Shown here in pieces: positions 36,554-51,135 of a DNA stretch of 64,000 nt. The position numbers and the translations under genes are program-made. A model generated the notes under the pieces. The model was not told where the DNA came from and did not search any database. It worked only from the letters and a program-made list of their open reading frames with translations. This stretch comes from Clostridia bacterium (GTDB taxonomy: Bacteria; Bacillota; Clostridia; Oscillospirales; CAG-272): contig JAFTJE010000007.1 of NCBI GenBank assembly GCA_017456545.1, forward strand, positions 14,118 through 78,117, written 5' to 3'. Within the stretch, counting starts at the first letter, position 1; every line of letters begins with the position of its first letter.

Positions 36554-37222
36554 ATGAAGGAATATTTTATGAACCTTGACTGGACAACTGAGCTTACCTG
36601 TGTTTTCAGGCTTGTCCTTGCTGTGTTGCTTGGCTTTGCCATAGGCTATGAAAGAAAAAGAAGGTACAAGGAGGCAGGAATCCGTACCCACACAATTGTT
36701 TGTCTTGGCTCTGCCCTTATTATGATAGTATCACTATTCGGCTTTGGTAGTGGGGCAGATTCTGCCCGTGTGGCTGCACAGATTGTTTCCGGTGTCGGCT
36801 TCCTCGGTGCAGGTATCATAGTATACCGTAAGCATGAAACAAAGGGGCTTACAACTGCTGCGGGAGTTTGGGCAACTGCCGGCGTAGGTATGGCGTGTGG
36901 CGGTGGTCTCTACATACTTGCCGTAGTGGCAACGGTGCTTATGATTTCGGCACAGCTTCTTTTCCACACAAAGCTGAAAATATTTAAGCACAAGCTGAAA
37001 TTTACAATAGAAATAGTGTTTTACCAGACGGATGATGAAAACAATCTTATAAAAAAGGAATTTGGCGTTGACCGACTTAATTCCCTCCTTATTACAAGAC
37101 AGGGAGAACGCTTAATTTACAGTGCTACACTTCTTACGGAGAGAGAGCACCGTTCTGCCGAGCTTACCAAAATCATGCAGGACTATCCCTTTATTATTTC
37201 TCTTCGCCGTTGCGACGACTGA
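36554..37222 (+). CDS. MgtC/SapB family membrane protein
   Basis: GYERKRRYKEAGIRTHTIVCLGSA and AGVWATAGVGMACGGG motifs. Confidence 0.85.
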   Translation: MKEYFMNLDWTTELTCVFRLVLAVLLGFAIGYERKRRYKEAGIRTHTIVCLGSALIMIVSLFGFGSGADSARVAAQIVSGVGFLGAGIIVYRKHETKGLTTAAGVWATAGVGMACGGGLYILAVVATVLMISAQLLFHTKLKIFKHKLKFTIEIVFYQTDDENNLIKKEFGVDRLNSLLITRQGERLIYSATLLTEREHRSAELTKIMQDYPFIISLRRCDD

Positions 37223-37243
37223 TGTCATTTTCCCATAAGCATA

Positions 37244-37277
37244 AGAGCATAACGGAAAACCTGTTATGCTCTTTTTA
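37244..37277 (+). terminator. Rho-independent terminator
   Basis: Stem AGAGCATAAC pairs with GTTATGCTCT, followed by TTTT. Confidence 0.7.
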
Positions 37278-37324
37278 TTGCTCTGTTTTTAAGGAGTATG
37301 GGTGCAAGACAGACAAAACGGCTT

Positions 37325-38209
37325 TTATATTATCTCGTATCTTGTAAGAATGCTGTGTATTTTTTCCTTACGGGTGGAGGCACACATAGGCAGACGGAAA
37401 ATATCCTTGCATTTGCCCATAAGACAAAGGGCTGTTTTTATTGGAATGGGATTTACCTCTGCAAACATTTCCTCTATCAAATCATAAAGCTGCAGCTGAA
37501 CTTTTGCACTTTTTTCCGTATCCTTATCAAAAAACGCCCGACAGAGTGTGGACATTTCCCTAGGAACTATATTACCCACAGCAGAAATAACGCCAATGGC
37601 TCCTATGGACAGAAGAGGTAGGGTCAGCTCGTCGCAGCCGGAATAAACAGAATATCTGTCACCAAAGGTATTCAGTATTCTCTCAGCCCGTATAACGCTT
37701 CCACTCGCCTCCTTTACTCCCACTATATTTTTCACATCATAAAGCCCCTCTAAGGTTGGGGTACCCATATCAAGTCCCGTACGGGAGGGAACATTGTAAA
37801 GTATTATTGGCAGCTCGGTAGCAGCTGCCACCTCCCTATAATGCTCTATAAGTCCTTTAATAGACGCCTTGTTGTAATACGGAGTTACAGCCAAAATCCC
37901 GTCTGCTCCGTATTTTTCGGCATCCTGTGTCATTCTTTTTGTTTGCTTGGTATTATTGGAGCCGGTACCCACAATAAGCGGTACACGCCCACCTATCCTC
38001 TCCTTGGCATAGGCTATAAGCTCTCTGCGTTCTCCCTCGTCCACGGTTGGGCTCTCCCCTGTTGTACCTAAGGCAACTATACCCCCTGCTCCGTTGTCTA
38101 TCTGGAAATCTATAAGCTCCCCATAGGCATCAAGGTCTATACCGTCAGCTGTAAAGGGAGTTACAAGGGCAGTAATACAGCCACGGGGCAAATCTTTCTG
38201 GTTTTTCAT
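37325..38209 (-). CDS. dapA: 4-hydroxy-tetrahydrodipicolinate synthase
   Basis: 294 aa. GTTGESPT, YNVPSRTG and VGVKEASG motifs. Confidence 0.92.
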   Translation of the reverse strand: MKNQKDLPRGCITALVTPFTADGIDLDAYGELIDFQIDNGAGGIVALGTTGESPTVDEGERRELIAYAKERIGGRVPLIVGTGSNNTKQTKRMTQDAEKYGADGILAVTPYYNKASIKGLIEHYREVAAATELPIILYNVPSRTGLDMGTPTLEGLYDVKNIVGVKEASGSVIRAERILNTFGDRYSVYSGCDELTLPLLSIGAIGVISAVGNIVPREMSTLCRAFFDKDTEKSAKVQLQLYDLIEEMFAEVNPIPIKTALCLMGKCKDIFRLPMCASTRKEKIHSILTRYEII

Positions 38210-38336
38210 TTATTTAACCTCCGAAAAAGCAAAAATCGGTTGAAATCAAAAAAATATTATTGTATACTAAAAGAGAAATATACTCTCATTATAAAAATAT
38301 TCAAAATATTAGGTATTGACACAAAGAGGAAGCAAA

Positions 38337-39419
38337 ATGATAAAAAACGAACTGCCCGAGACCACCCTGTGTACAAGGGATTTTTACTATGATTTACCAG
38401 AGGAGCTTATTGCCCAGACTCCCATAGAGCCAAGAGACCATTCCCGTCTTATGGTGCTGGAGGGGGATACCATATGTCACAAGCATTTTTACGATATAAT
38501 CGATTATCTTAAAGAAGGCGACACTCTTGTAATAAATGATTCAAAGGTTATCCCTGCCCGTATATACGGAGAAAAAATCCGTCCACAGGGTGAGGAATTT
38601 GTACACGAGGCGTCTAAAATCGAAACTCTGCTCCTGAAGCAGATAGAATCTGACAGGTGGGAGGTTTTGCTCCGTCCTGCGAAAAAGGTAAAAATAGGTG
38701 GCTCCATCCGTTACGGAGATATCCTTACTGCCACCGTAGAGGGCGTGGTGGAGGACGGAAACCGTATTCTCTCCTTCAGCTACGATAAAACCAAATATAC
38801 AAATATTTATGAGGTGCTTAATATAATCGGCTCCATGCCTCTGCCTCCGTATATTACAAAGAAATTAGAGGACAAGGACAGGTATCAAACCGTATACGCA
38901 AGGGAAAACGGCTCTGCCGCCGCACCTACGGCAGGACTCCATTTTACTAAGGAGCTTATGGCAAAAATCGAGGCAAAGGGCGTAAAAATCGTACCTGTAA
39001 TGCTCCATGTGGGTCTTGGCACCTTCCGTCCCGTCAAGGCAGATAAGATAACCGACCATATAATGCACTCGGAGTTTATAACGGTTACCGAGGAGAGTGC
39101 GAGAATAATAAACGAACGCAAGGCTAAGGGTGGAAGAATCATAGCAGTGGGCACCACCTCCTGTCGCACCCTGGAGAGTGCCTCTGATGAGACGGGAGCT
39201 GTACACCCTATCGCTACCACGACGGGAATATTTATCTATCCCGGATACAAGTTCAAGGCTGTGGATGCACTTATTACAAATTTCCATCTGCCCGAGAGCA
39301 CACTGCTTATGCTTGTTTCTGCACTGGCAGGCAAGGAAAATATTATGAATGCTTATAAAACCGCTGTTTGCGAAAAATACAGATTCTTCTCCTTTGGAGA
39401 CGCAATGCTGATTCAATAG
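38337..39419 (+). CDS. queA: S-adenosylmethionine:tRNA ribosyltransferase-isomerase
   Basis: Start at 38337 ([10 protein letters not shown]). [23 protein letters not shown] and [10 protein letters not shown] motifs. Confidence 0.92.
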   Translation: MIKNELPETTLCTRDFYYDLPEELIAQTPIEPRDHSRLMVLEGDTICHKHFYDIIDYLKEGDTLVINDSKVIPARIYGEKIRPQGEEFVHEASKIETLLLKQIESDRWEVLLRPAKKVKIGGSIRYGDILTATVEGVVEDGNRILSFSYDKTKYTNIYEVLNIIGSMPLPPYITKKLEDKDRYQTVYARENGSAAAPTAGLHFTKELMAKIEAKGVKIVPVMLHVGLGTFRPVKADKITDHIMHSEFITVTEESARIINERKAKGGRIIAVGTTSCRTLESASDETGAVHPIATTTGIFIYPGYKFKAVDALITNFHLPESTLLMLVSALAGKENIMNAYKTAVCEKYRFFSFGDAMLIQ

Positions 39420-39459
39420 CGGGCAGAACATAACGCTGATAAACTGAAAGGAGAAAGAT

Positions 39460-41787
39460 ATGAAAAGAAGATACGGAGCCTGGATTGACCTCCCCGGAGT
39501 AAGCACAACTGAGGTTGCACAGATAAGAGAGGCAAGATACGATGAAAATCTCCTGTACCTATATACGGTAAATTACAATCAAGACAAAAGAGCCCTTGAG
39601 GATTCTATGATAGAGGTGTTTATATCCTCACCGAGAAAGGATATTATAAGACTGGAGTCACGCCATTTTTCGGGTAGCCGTGCAAAAATGCCGAAATTTG
39701 AGCTTGACCTTGCTCCTCAGCCAATAAATGTTACGGAAACAGACACAGCCCTTACCGTTATCAGTGGGAATATGCGTCTCGAAATAAATAAAAATCCTGC
39801 ATACTTTGATTTTTATTACAAGGATAAATATTTGACATCCATAGCAAAAAAATGGGACAGAAGCTATATTTCCTATGTTACGGCAGACGGTAAGCCTTAT
39901 ATGGACACCCATTTTTCCGTTGATGTGGCAGAGAAGCTCTACGGTCTCGGAGAACGCTTTACACCCTTTGTAAAGAACGGACAGAGTGTGGATATGTGGA
40001 ACGAGGACGGAGGCACCTGTACAGAGCTTGCATATAAAAACATACCCTTCTACATTTCAAATAAGGGCTACGGTGTATTTGCAAACGACCCCGGTCCTGT
40101 ATCCTTTGAGGTATGCTCCGAGCAGGTATCAAGAGTACAGATATCCGTACCCGGAGAGAAAACAGATATAATGGTAATCGGTGGCGAGAATATGAAGGGT
40201 GTGCTTTCCAATTACTGTGCACTCACAGGCTACCCTGCACTTCCCCCTGCCTGGACCTTCGGTCTTTGGCTTACCTCCTCCTTTACAACCTCCTATGACG
40301 AGGACACTGTAACAGGCTTTGTGGACGGAATGAGAGAAAGAGAAATTCCCCTCAGTGTTTTCCACTACGACTGCTTCTGGATGAAGGAAAACGAATGGTG
40401 TAATTTCCGTTGGGATACAGCTATGTTCCCCGACCCTGTGGCTATGCTTAAGCGTATGAAGGAGAAAAATCTCCATATCTGTGTATGGATAAATCCCTAT
40501 ATCGGTCAGAAATCCCCCCTCTTTGATGAGGCTATGGAGAAGAATTATCTGCTCAACCGTGAAAACGGTGATGTGTGGCAGTGGGACCGTTGGCAATCCG
40601 GAATGGGTCTTGTGGACTTTACCAATCCCGACGCATACAGGTGGTATAAGGATAAGCTCCGTGCCCTTGTTGAAATGGGAGTTGATTGCTTCAAAACCGA
40701 CTTTGGCGAAAGGATACCTACTGATGTAAAATACTTTGACGGCTCCGATGCCCTTCGTATGCACAACTACTACACATACTTATACAATAAATGCGTATTT
40801 GAGCTTCTTGAGGAATGTAAGGGCAAAAATCAAGCTGTTCTCTTTGCGAGAAGTGCAACCGCCGGAGGACAGAAATTCCCCGTGCATTGGGGTGGAGACT
40901 GTACAGCCGACTATCTGTCAATGGCAGAATCCCTCCGTGGTGGGCTTTCCCTTTGTATGTCGGGCTTTGGCTTCTGGAGTCACGATATAAGCGGATTTGC
41001 AAACACAGCCCCCCACCATTTGTTCAAGCGTTGGATAGCCTTCGGACTTTTGTCAACACACTCAAGACTCCACGGCGACACCTCCTACAGAGTTCCCTGG
41101 CTCTTTAACAAGGAGGGCGAGAAAAACGGCGAGGAGGCCTGTGCCGTTACAAAGCACTTTGCAGAGCTTAAATGCTCTCTTATGCCGTATATTTACGCAA
41201 AGGCTGTGGAGGCAAATAAAAAAGGCATACCCGTTATGCGTGCTATGACCCTTGAATTTGAAAATGAAATAACCTGCCATGACCTTGACAGACAGTATAT
41301 GCTTGGTGAAAGCCTCCTTGTTGCACCTGTATTTAAGGAGAACGGTGAGGTGGACTATTACCTCCCCGAGGGAAAATGGACACATCTTTTATCCAACGAG
41401 GTGCGTAAGGGTGGCAAGTGGCAGAGGGACACATACGACTTCTTCTCCCTGCCTCTCTATGTAAGGGAAAACACAATTCTTCCCATAGGCAGCGTTGCTT
41501 CCCGTCCCGATTACGACTACGGAAAGAATATTACATTACACATATTTGAGCTGAATGACAAGGCTGAGACTACCGTATACGGTACGGACAGCAATACTAT
41601 TTTTACAGTAAAATGTGAGAAAAACGGTAGTACGGTACGCATTTTACTTGACAAGCTACCCGAAAATGCAAAGATTATCCTTCGCAATATCCTCGATATT
41701 TCATATGTCTCGGGAGCTGAGGCACAATCCTGTGAGCTTGGTACACTCCTCACTGTCAGCAGTAAAGAAATTACAGTTCAGCTGTAA
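39460..41787 (+). CDS. GH31 alpha-xylosidase (YicI-like)
   Basis: 775 aa. Contains the nucleophile segment CFKTDFGE and the acid/base segment HWGGDC. Confidence 0.85.
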   Translation: MKRRYGAWIDLPGVSTTEVAQIREARYDENLLYLYTVNYNQDKRALEDSMIEVFISSPRKDIIRLESRHFSGSRAKMPKFELDLAPQPINVTETDTALTVISGNMRLEINKNPAYFDFYYKDKYLTSIAKKWDRSYISYVTADGKPYMDTHFSVDVAEKLYGLGERFTPFVKNGQSVDMWNEDGGTCTELAYKNIPFYISNKGYGVFANDPGPVSFEVCSEQVSRVQISVPGEKTDIMVIGGENMKGVLSNYCALTGYPALPPAWTFGLWLTSSFTTSYDEDTVTGFVDGMREREIPLSVFHYDCFWMKENEWCNFRWDTAMFPDPVAMLKRMKEKNLHICVWINPYIGQKSPLFDEAMEKNYLLNRENGDVWQWDRWQSGMGLVDFTNPDAYRWYKDKLRALVEMGVDCFKTDFGERIPTDVKYFDGSDALRMHNYYTYLYNKCVFELLEECKGKNQAVLFARSATAGGQKFPVHWGGDCTADYLSMAESLRGGLSLCMSGFGFWSHDISGFANTAPHHLFKRWIAFGLLSTHSRLHGDTSYRVPWLFNKEGEKNGEEACAVTKHFAELKCSLMPYIYAKAVEANKKGIPVMRAMTLEFENEITCHDLDRQYMLGESLLVAPVFKENGEVDYYLPEGKWTHLLSNEVRKGGKWQRDTYDFFSLPLYVRENTILPIGSVASRPDYDYGKNITLHIFELNDKAETTVYGTDSNTIFTVKCEKNGSTVRILLDKLPENAKIILRNILDISYVSGAEAQSCELGTLLTVSSKEITVQL

Positions 41788-41825
41788 TTTCCGAGATAAT
41801 ATTGAAAAATGTGAAAGATACTGCT

Positions 41826-43115
41826 ATGAACACTCATTTTGATATTATTGTAGTGGGTGGAGGCTTAAGCGGAGCTTCTGCCTCCATTACTGCGGCAAGA
41901 ATGGGAAAATCCGTTCTTCTTATTGAAAAATACAATTGCCTTGGGGGAGTGGCTTCATTTGGCCCTGTTATCCCCTTTATGGCAAATTACACTCACGACC
42001 CGATAACGGGTGAGAGGCTGGAGCTCAGTGGGGGGCTGTATCTGGAGATACTTGATTCACTTAATAAGGTGAGCAGACCCCAATCCCCTTGGCCCGAGTG
42101 CTTTAGTGAGGAATATCTTAAGCTGGTCCTTAACAGAATGGCACAGGAAAGCGGGGTCGAGCTCCTCTATCAAAGTGTGGTCACAGATGTAAAAAGGTCG
42201 GGGGAGTGGATAAAAAGCATTACTGTGCATAATGTATCCGGCAATACAGAATATACAGCCGACTGCTTTATCGATGCTACGGGAGACGGAAATCTATGCT
42301 ATATGGCAGGCTATCCCTTCCGTCTCGGCAGAGATAGTGACAAAAGATGTCAGCCGATGACCCTTTGCTTCCGCATAGGTAATGTCAATACGGACTCCTT
42401 CAAAAAGGAGCACCAAAGGATTAATACACTGTGGAGCAAAATGCAAGCCGAGGGAAAAATCAAAAACCCAAGAGAAAACCTGCTTATATTCCATACTGTG
42501 GGTGAGGGTGTCCTCCATTTCAATTCCACAAGGGTAATAGGTCTTGACCCTACAAACGCCGAGGAGGTTACAAGGGCTGAGATAGAGGCACGGGAGCAGG
42601 TCTTTGAAATTTATAATTTTCTTACCAATAATTTTTCTGCCTTTAAGGACTCTGTTCTTCTCTCCACGGGAATGCAGATAGGTGTGCGTGAAAGTCGAAA
42701 AATAATAGGCGAGTACACTATTACGGAGGAGGATATCAAGGACTGTAAAAGGTTTTACGATGGGATTGCCCTGTGCAACTATGATATGGATATACACAGC
42801 CCCGACGGTGGAGGAACAAGTCACTATTATCTGGAGAAGGGTGAGTATTACTCTATTCCCTATCGGTGCTTGATACCGAAGGGCAGTAAAAACCTTCTTG
42901 TAACGGGAAGATGCATAAGTGCCACTCACGAGGCACAGTCCTCTCTGAGAATAATGCCCTGCTGTATAGCTCTCGGGCAGGCATCTGGCGTTGCCTCTGC
43001 TCTTTTCGACAAAAGCACAGGGGGAGTATCGGATATTGATATAAACACACTTAAACAGTCGCTTATAGACATGGGTGCCTCCTTGGAGGACAGAATTATT
43101 AAGAAGCCACATTAA
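41826..43115 (+). CDS. FAD-dependent oxidoreductase (FAD_oxidored/GIDA-like fold)
   Basis: FDIIVVGGGLSGASA dinucleotide motif. The start is uncertain: ATG at 41826 or TTG at 41802. Confidence 0.7.
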   Translation: MNTHFDIIVVGGGLSGASASITAARMGKSVLLIEKYNCLGGVASFGPVIPFMANYTHDPITGERLELSGGLYLEILDSLNKVSRPQSPWPECFSEEYLKLVLNRMAQESGVELLYQSVVTDVKRSGEWIKSITVHNVSGNTEYTADCFIDATGDGNLCYMAGYPFRLGRDSDKRCQPMTLCFRIGNVNTDSFKKEHQRINTLWSKMQAEGKIKNPRENLLIFHTVGEGVLHFNSTRVIGLDPTNAEEVTRAEIEAREQVFEIYNFLTNNFSAFKDSVLLSTGMQIGVRESRKIIGEYTITEEDIKDCKRFYDGIALCNYDMDIHSPDGGGTSHYYLEKGEYYSIPYRCLIPKGSKNLLVTGRCISATHEAQSSLRIMPCCIALGQASGVASALFDKSTGGVSDIDINTLKQSLIDMGASLEDRIIKKPH

Positions 43116-43132
43116 CGGTGGCTTCTTTTTTA
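43101..43132 (+). terminator. Rho-independent terminator overlapping the stop codon
   Basis: Stem AAGAAGCCAC pairs with GTGGCTTCTT, followed by TTTTT. Confidence 0.7.
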
Positions 43133-43327
43133 CTTATGACAAATTTTCGTTTTTATTTCCGGTAAAGGGCAATACTACCGTATAGAAAAATACAGTCATG
43201 CCCGAATATAAAATATAAAGTAAATTTTTCTTTAATATTATTGACAAAAGCTTTTTTATAATTTATTATTAATATATGCAATAGGTCACAGCTATTACTG
43301 ATTATAGAAATAAAAGAGGTAATCATA

Positions 43328-43796
43328 TTGAAAAAAATAGATAAAACCGTCCTTAGGGAAACTAAATTTGTTGCCATATGGGTGATTATTTTTTCTGCTT
43401 TGATGCAGGCGGTGTTTTTAATTATTAACAAATGGGACTATACTGTTCTTCTCGGAAATCTGTTAAGCGGTTTTTGTGGAGTGGTCAGCTTTTTTGTTCT
43501 CGGACTGACTATTATAAAGGCAATATCCTCGGGAGACACTGCCTACGCAAAGAAGCTGATGAGAGCATCACAGGCTCTTCGCACCCTTTTTATGCTTGCT
43601 GTATGCCTTGCAGGTGCCCTGGCTCCCTGCTTTAATATCTGGGCAACGGTTATCCCCGTAATGTTCCCCAGACTCAGCCTGCTTATCCGTTCCTTTACGG
43701 TAAAACGGATGGGACCCTTTGACACTCCCACAACTGATACAGCTCCCGTAACAGAGGTAACGGAGGCTGAGCCCGCAGAGGATGAAAAGGAGGTGA

Positions 43797-43810
<14 letters not shown>
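43328..43810 (+). CDS. atpI: ATP synthase protein I-like membrane protein
   Basis: TTG start with an AGAGG RBS. 160 aa, about 4 hydrophobic helices, first gene of the atp operon. Confidence 0.55.
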
Positions 43811-45024
<1,214 letters not shown>

Positions 45025-45038
45025 TTCGGAGGCAGATA

Positions 45039-45551
45039 ATGCAAACATCGGAAATCATTTCAGTCAATATATGGCAAATTGTGGTTTCCCTGCTTAACCT
45101 TCTTATACTCTTTTTGATTATCAAAAAATTTCTTTTCAAGCCCGTCTCCAATGTTATAAGGTCCCGTGGTGAAAAGGTGGATGCTCAGTACGCAGATGCC
45201 GAACGGGCTCTTTCCTCAGCTAAGGAATCGGAGAGGGAGCTTACGGAAAAGCTGAACATCGCCCATATAACCGCTGACGAAATTGTCAAGGAGGCAACAG
45301 CCCAGGGCGAAAGGCGTAAGGATAATATAGTAGGCGAGGCAAGAGCCGAGGCAGACGCTATTATCCGACAGGCAAGAATAGCTGCCGAGCTTGAGAAGAA
45401 AAAGGCACAGGAGGAAATCAAGACCCAGATTGTGGAGGTCTCCTCTGCCCTTACAGAAAAGCTTATTGAAAGAGAGATGAAGGTGGAGGACCACCATAGG
45501 CTCATAGATTCGTTTATATCCGAAATGGAAGAGGTAAACGATGACAGATAA
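45039..45551 (+). CDS. atpF: F0F1 ATP synthase subunit b
   Basis: The start at 45039 has a GGAGGC RBS. N-terminal TM helix followed by a long charged helix. Confidence 0.85.
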   Translation: MQTSEIISVNIWQIVVSLLNLLILFLIIKKFLFKPVSNVIRSRGEKVDAQYADAERALSSAKESERELTEKLNIAHITADEIVKEATAQGERRKDNIVGEARAEADAIIRQARIAAELEKKKAQEEIKTQIVEVSSALTEKLIEREMKVEDHHRLIDSFISEMEEVNDDR

Positions 45552-46074
45552 TATAGTTAAAGAATACTCCCGGGCACTTTTTATGCTTGCCTGTGAGGAG
45601 GGTAAGGAAAAGGAATACCTGGACTGTCTTAATACAGCTAAGGACCTTTTTACGAAAAACCCCGAATATATTTTGCTCCTTTCCTCCCCGAACATTTCCA
45701 AGGAGGAAAGGCTCCTTGCAATAGACAGAGCATTTGGCTCCCGTATGTGTGAGAATGTTGTGTCCTTTATAAAGCTTTTATGCGAAAGGGACCGAATAGG
45801 TGGCTTCGGAACATGTGTGGAGGATTACACAAGGCTCTATAATGAAAAATGCCGTATAAGGGTAGTAACCGTTACTTCCTCTGTGAAATTAACAGAGGCA
45901 GAATGTGAAAAAATACGCAAAATGTTAGAAAAAAAGTATAGCGTAGGCGTAAATTTGATACTAAAGGTAGACCCATCCATATTGGGTGGTATCATAATAG
46001 AAGCAGAGGATACCGTTATTGACGGCAGTCTTAAATCAAAATTGCGTAATGTAAAGGATGTGATAAAGGCATGA
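45541..46074 (+). CDS. atpH: F0F1 ATP synthase subunit delta
   Basis: 177 aa, OSCP-like, in the expected operon position. C-terminal [17 protein letters not shown]. Confidence 0.85.
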   Translation: MTDNIVKEYSRALFMLACEEGKEKEYLDCLNTAKDLFTKNPEYILLLSSPNISKEERLLAIDRAFGSRMCENVVSFIKLLCERDRIGGFGTCVEDYTRLYNEKCRIRVVTVTSSVKLTEAECEKIRKMLEKKYSVGVNLILKVDPSILGGIIIEAEDTVIDGSLKSKLRNVKDVIKA

Positions 46075-47564
46075 ACGCAAGACCCGAAGAAATCAGCACT
46101 ATAATTAAGCAGCAAATAAAAAACTATAAATCCCGTATTGAAATGAAGGAAACAGGCACAGTTATTCTCGTTGGTGACGGTATAGCAAAGGTATACGGCC
46201 TTTCCGAATGTATGTCCAGTGAGCTCCTTGAATTCGAGGACGGAAGCTACGGTATGGCACAAAACCTTGAAACGGAGACTGTATCCGTTGCTATTCTTTC
46301 CGACTCCGGTAATATCCACGAGGGTACTGTCGTAAGAAGAACCGGCAGAGTTGTTTCCGTGCCTGTCGGCGAGGGAATGCTCGGCAGAGTTGTAGACGCA
46401 CTCGGTATGCCAATAGACGGAAAGGGCGACACAGGGTGCCGTGCAAGACGCCCGATTGAGTCCGATGCCCCCGGTATTATCGAAAGAAAAAGCGTATCTG
46501 TGCCCTTGCACACGGGTATTACTGCTATTGACAGCATGATACCGATAGGCAGAGGACAGCGTGAGCTTATAATCGGTGACAGACAAACAGGTAAAACCGA
46601 AATTGCCATTGATACAATAATCAACCAGAAGGGCAAGGATGTAATATGCATCTATGTAGCCATAGGTCAGAAAAACACCTCCGTTGTTCAGCTTGCCAAT
46701 GAGCTTGCAAAATCGGGAGCTATGGAATACACAATTATCGTTTCCGCATCTGCATCCCAGAGTGCCCCCTTGCAGTATATAGCACCCTATTCCGGCTGTG
46801 CTATGGCTGAGTATTTCAGAGAAAAGGGCAAGGATGTGTTGATAATTTACGATGACCTGTCCAAGCACGCTGTAGCTTACAGAGCACTGTCCCTTCTTAT
46901 AAGAAGACCTCCCGGCAGAGAGGCATACCCCGGTGATGTATTCTATCTCCACTCCCGTCTGCTTGAAAGAGCTGCCTGTGTGGATGAAAAATACGGTGGG
47001 GGCTCCATTACTGCCCTGCCAATTATCGAAACCCAGGCAGGTGATGTTTCTGCCTATATACCCACAAATGTAATTTCAATTACCGACGGACAGATATTCC
47101 TTGAGACTGAGCTGTTCAATGCGGGAATTATGCCTGCCATAAATCCCGGTATCTCCGTATCCCGTGTAGGTGGCTCTGCCCAGATAAAGGCAATGAAGAA
47201 GGTGTCAGGAGAGCTTAAGCTCCTCTACTCCCAGTACAGAGAGCTCCGTTCCTTTGCACAGTTCGGCTCCGACCTTGATGCCGATACAAAGAAGCGTCTT
47301 GCCCTCGGTGAACGAATTGTAGAGATACTTAAGCAAAACAGGAACTCGCCTATCCGAGCAGGTGCCCAGGTTGTAATCGTTTATGCGGTAATTAACGGAT
47401 ATTTTGACTCTGTTCCCGTGGCAGAGGTTAAAAAATATGAAAGGCTCCTTTGTGAAAAGCTGGAGCACGAGTACTCCTCCCTTCTTGCAAGGCTTGAGGG
47501 TGGAAGCTACGAAAAGACAGATATTGAAGAAATGAGGAAGGCTCTTTCTGAGCTTATGAGGTAA
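46071..47564 (+). CDS. atpA: F0F1 ATP synthase subunit alpha
   Basis: Walker A GDRQTGKT; [27 protein letters not shown]. Confidence 0.95.
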   Translation: MNARPEEISTIIKQQIKNYKSRIEMKETGTVILVGDGIAKVYGLSECMSSELLEFEDGSYGMAQNLETETVSVAILSDSGNIHEGTVVRRTGRVVSVPVGEGMLGRVVDALGMPIDGKGDTGCRARRPIESDAPGIIERKSVSVPLHTGITAIDSMIPIGRGQRELIIGDRQTGKTEIAIDTIINQKGKDVICIYVAIGQKNTSVVQLANELAKSGAMEYTIIVSASASQSAPLQYIAPYSGCAMAEYFREKGKDVLIIYDDLSKHAVAYRALSLLIRRPPGREAYPGDVFYLHSRLLERAACVDEKYGGGSITALPIIETQAGDVSAYIPTNVISITDGQIFLETELFNAGIMPAINPGISVSRVGGSAQIKAMKKVSGELKLLYSQYRELRSFAQFGSDLDADTKKRLALGERIVEILKQNRNSPIRAGAQVVIVYAVINGYFDSVPVAEVKKYERLLCEKLEHEYSSLLARLEGGSYEKTDIEEMRKALSELMR

Positions 47565-47566
47565 TT

Positions 47567-48370
47567 ATGGGAGCAGATATTAAAAGTCTACGCACCCGTA
47601 TTAAAAGTGTAAGCTCCACTTTACAGCTTACAAAGGCTATGGGGCTTGTAGCATCGTCAAAGATACGCAAGGCTCAGCTTGTCCGTTCCCGTGCTCTTGA
47701 ATATGCAAGGAGTCTGTCCTCAATCGTTGATGTGCTGACATCCTCAAGAGAATGTGAAAAAAGCCCCTATCTTAAGGTGGCTGAGGGAGAGACAAGGCTT
47801 ATTGTTATAGCCGGAGACCGTGGACTTGCAGGTGGATATAACGCAAATGTTTTTCGGTTTTTAAGAGAGCTGGAGGCTGATAAATTTACAGCCATAGGCA
47901 AAAAGGCGTGTGAAAAGCTGTCTGCATCCATTGTATCCTCCGAGCATTTTTCTCACTCTGATGCTATGACTCTGGCAATGGAGCTTTGCCGTGATTTTAA
48001 GGACGGGAAATGCACAAGGGTGGGCATAGTTTACACAAAATATGTGTCTATGATGACCCAGACACCGGATGTAAAATGGATACTCCCCCTTACAAAATCG
48101 GAAAATACACCCTCCTCTGCCTCAGCTATATTCGAGCCTGATGAGGAGACAATGCTGGAGACCTCCGTACCCCTTTATGTTGCGGGACTGCTCTATGCCT
48201 GTGTAAAGGAGAGCTTTGCCTGTGAGGTGGTAGCAAGAAGAAGTGCTATGGACTCGGCAGGAAAGAACGCCACAGCTATGATAGACGAGCTTATGCTTAA
48301 ATACAACCGTGCAAGACAGGGCACGATAACACAGGAAATTACGGAAATAGTTGCAGGAAGTAATACTTAA
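47567..48370 (+). CDS. atpG: F0F1 ATP synthase subunit gamma
   Basis: 267 aa. Opens IKSLRTRIKSVSSTLQLTKAM and ends NRARQGTITQEITEIVAG. Confidence 0.9.
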   Translation: MGADIKSLRTRIKSVSSTLQLTKAMGLVASSKIRKAQLVRSRALEYARSLSSIVDVLTSSRECEKSPYLKVAEGETRLIVIAGDRGLAGGYNANVFRFLRELEADKFTAIGKKACEKLSASIVSSEHFSHSDAMTLAMELCRDFKDGKCTRVGIVYTKYVSMMTQTPDVKWILPLTKSENTPSSASAIFEPDEETMLETSVPLYVAGLLYACVKESFACEVVARRSAMDSAGKNATAMIDELMLKYNRARQGTITQEITEIVAGSNT

Positions 48371-48401
48371 CTCTTAACAGTGACGCCACACAGGTACAGT
48401 A

Positions 48402-50322
<1,921 letters not shown>

Positions 50323-50323
<1 letters not shown>

Positions 50324-50362
50324 AAGGAAAAACAGCCACCCTGTGGCTGTTTTTCCTTTTTT
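50323..50362. terminator. Bidirectional terminator after the atp operon
   Basis: 16-bp stem AAGGAAAAACAGCCAC pairs with GTGGCTGTTTTTCCTT, followed by TTTT. Confidence 0.8.
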
Positions 50363-50369
50363 ATTGCTG

Positions 50370-50900
50370 TTATATGTGGTAAATTGCAAGTCCGCAGTTA
50401 TCCTGGGAGTAGTTAAAAAACTCCTCATTTGTCATATCCTCAAAGTAGGTTTTTATGACACGGCATACCCCGCCGTGGGTGACAAGGAGCACATTTTTAT
50501 CGGGGTATTTACTCCTTAGCTCATCAAGAAGGCTATATACTCTGTATGCCACTTGCATCATAGACTCGCCCCCGGGATACTTAAAGGCAAACTGACGCTT
50601 ATTACCGAGAAAGCCCTCGCTTTTTCTGTGTACTCCCTCGTAAACACCGTAATTCTGCTCTGTCAGACGGTTATCGATTTCCATTATGGCATTGCATTTT
50701 TCGTTTATGATTTCTGCTGTGTGTATTGCTCTTTTAAGCGGAGAGGCTATTACTATTTCTATATCCTCATTTTTCAAAATATCGGCAGCTGCCCTTGCCT
50801 GCTCTTTTCCTCTTTCGGTAAGCTCCACATCCGTAATTCCACTTACCTTCCATTCCACATTCCATGTGGTTTCTCCGTGTCTTGTAACATACAGCTTCAT
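50370..50900 (-). CDS. Histidine phosphatase family protein (phosphoglycerate mutase/CobC-like)
   Basis: The start at 50900 (MKLYVTRHGETTWN, RHG motif) has a GAGGAG RBS. LLVTHGGV motif. Confidence 0.8.
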   Translation of the reverse strand: MKLYVTRHGETTWNVEWKVSGITDVELTERGKEQARAAADILKNEDIEIVIASPLKRAIHTAEIINEKCNAIMEIDNRLTEQNYGVYEGVHRKSEGFLGNKRQFAFKYPGGESMMQVAYRVYSLLDELRSKYPDKNVLLVTHGGVCRVIKTYFEDMTNEEFFNYSQDNCGLAIYHI

Positions 50901-51046
50901 TTTTTTACTCCTCAAAAAACCCTTTGTATATTCTTGATTAGTTTTGACCGTTTTTATTTTATCATACAAAAACATGGCTGTCAATAAGCTGAAAAATGAA
51001 TATTTTTATACACTTTGTACAAAAATTTACAAAAAAATTTTTTCGC

Positions 51047-51075
51047 TTGTATTTTTATGCACAAGGTGTTATAAT
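51047..51075 (+). promoter_or_regulatory. Predicted extended -10 sigma-A promoter of the giant surface-protein gene
   Basis: TTGTAT (51047-51052), 17 nt, TATAAT (51070-51075), preceded by TGT (TG-extended). Confidence 0.6.
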
Positions 51076-51135
51076 TTAATTAATTATTTTATAATAATTA
51101 TAAACACAACGATGATTACATATTGGAGGACAGAT

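Noticed and set aside
38210-38336. A lysine (L-box) riboswitch upstream of dapA was considered.
   Set aside because: Only 127 nt separate dapA from the divergent queA start, and most of that is promoter sequence. This is too short for an L-box, and no conserved L-box elements were seen.
43116-43327. A second copy of the oadB-type leader upstream of the atp operon was looked for, which would have supported a shared Na+-responsive element.
   Set aside because: The region is AT-rich promoter DNA with a short leader. It has no terminator hairpin and no visible similarity to 29773-29930.
50944-51135. The ORF track starts the giant ORF at 50944 (MTVFILSYKNMAVNKLKNEYFY...).
   Set aside because: The upstream part is AT-rich promoter DNA containing the predicted -35/-10 at 51047-51075. 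The first start with an RBS (GGAGGA) is the ATG at 51136, and the track start also overlaps the divergent gene region.
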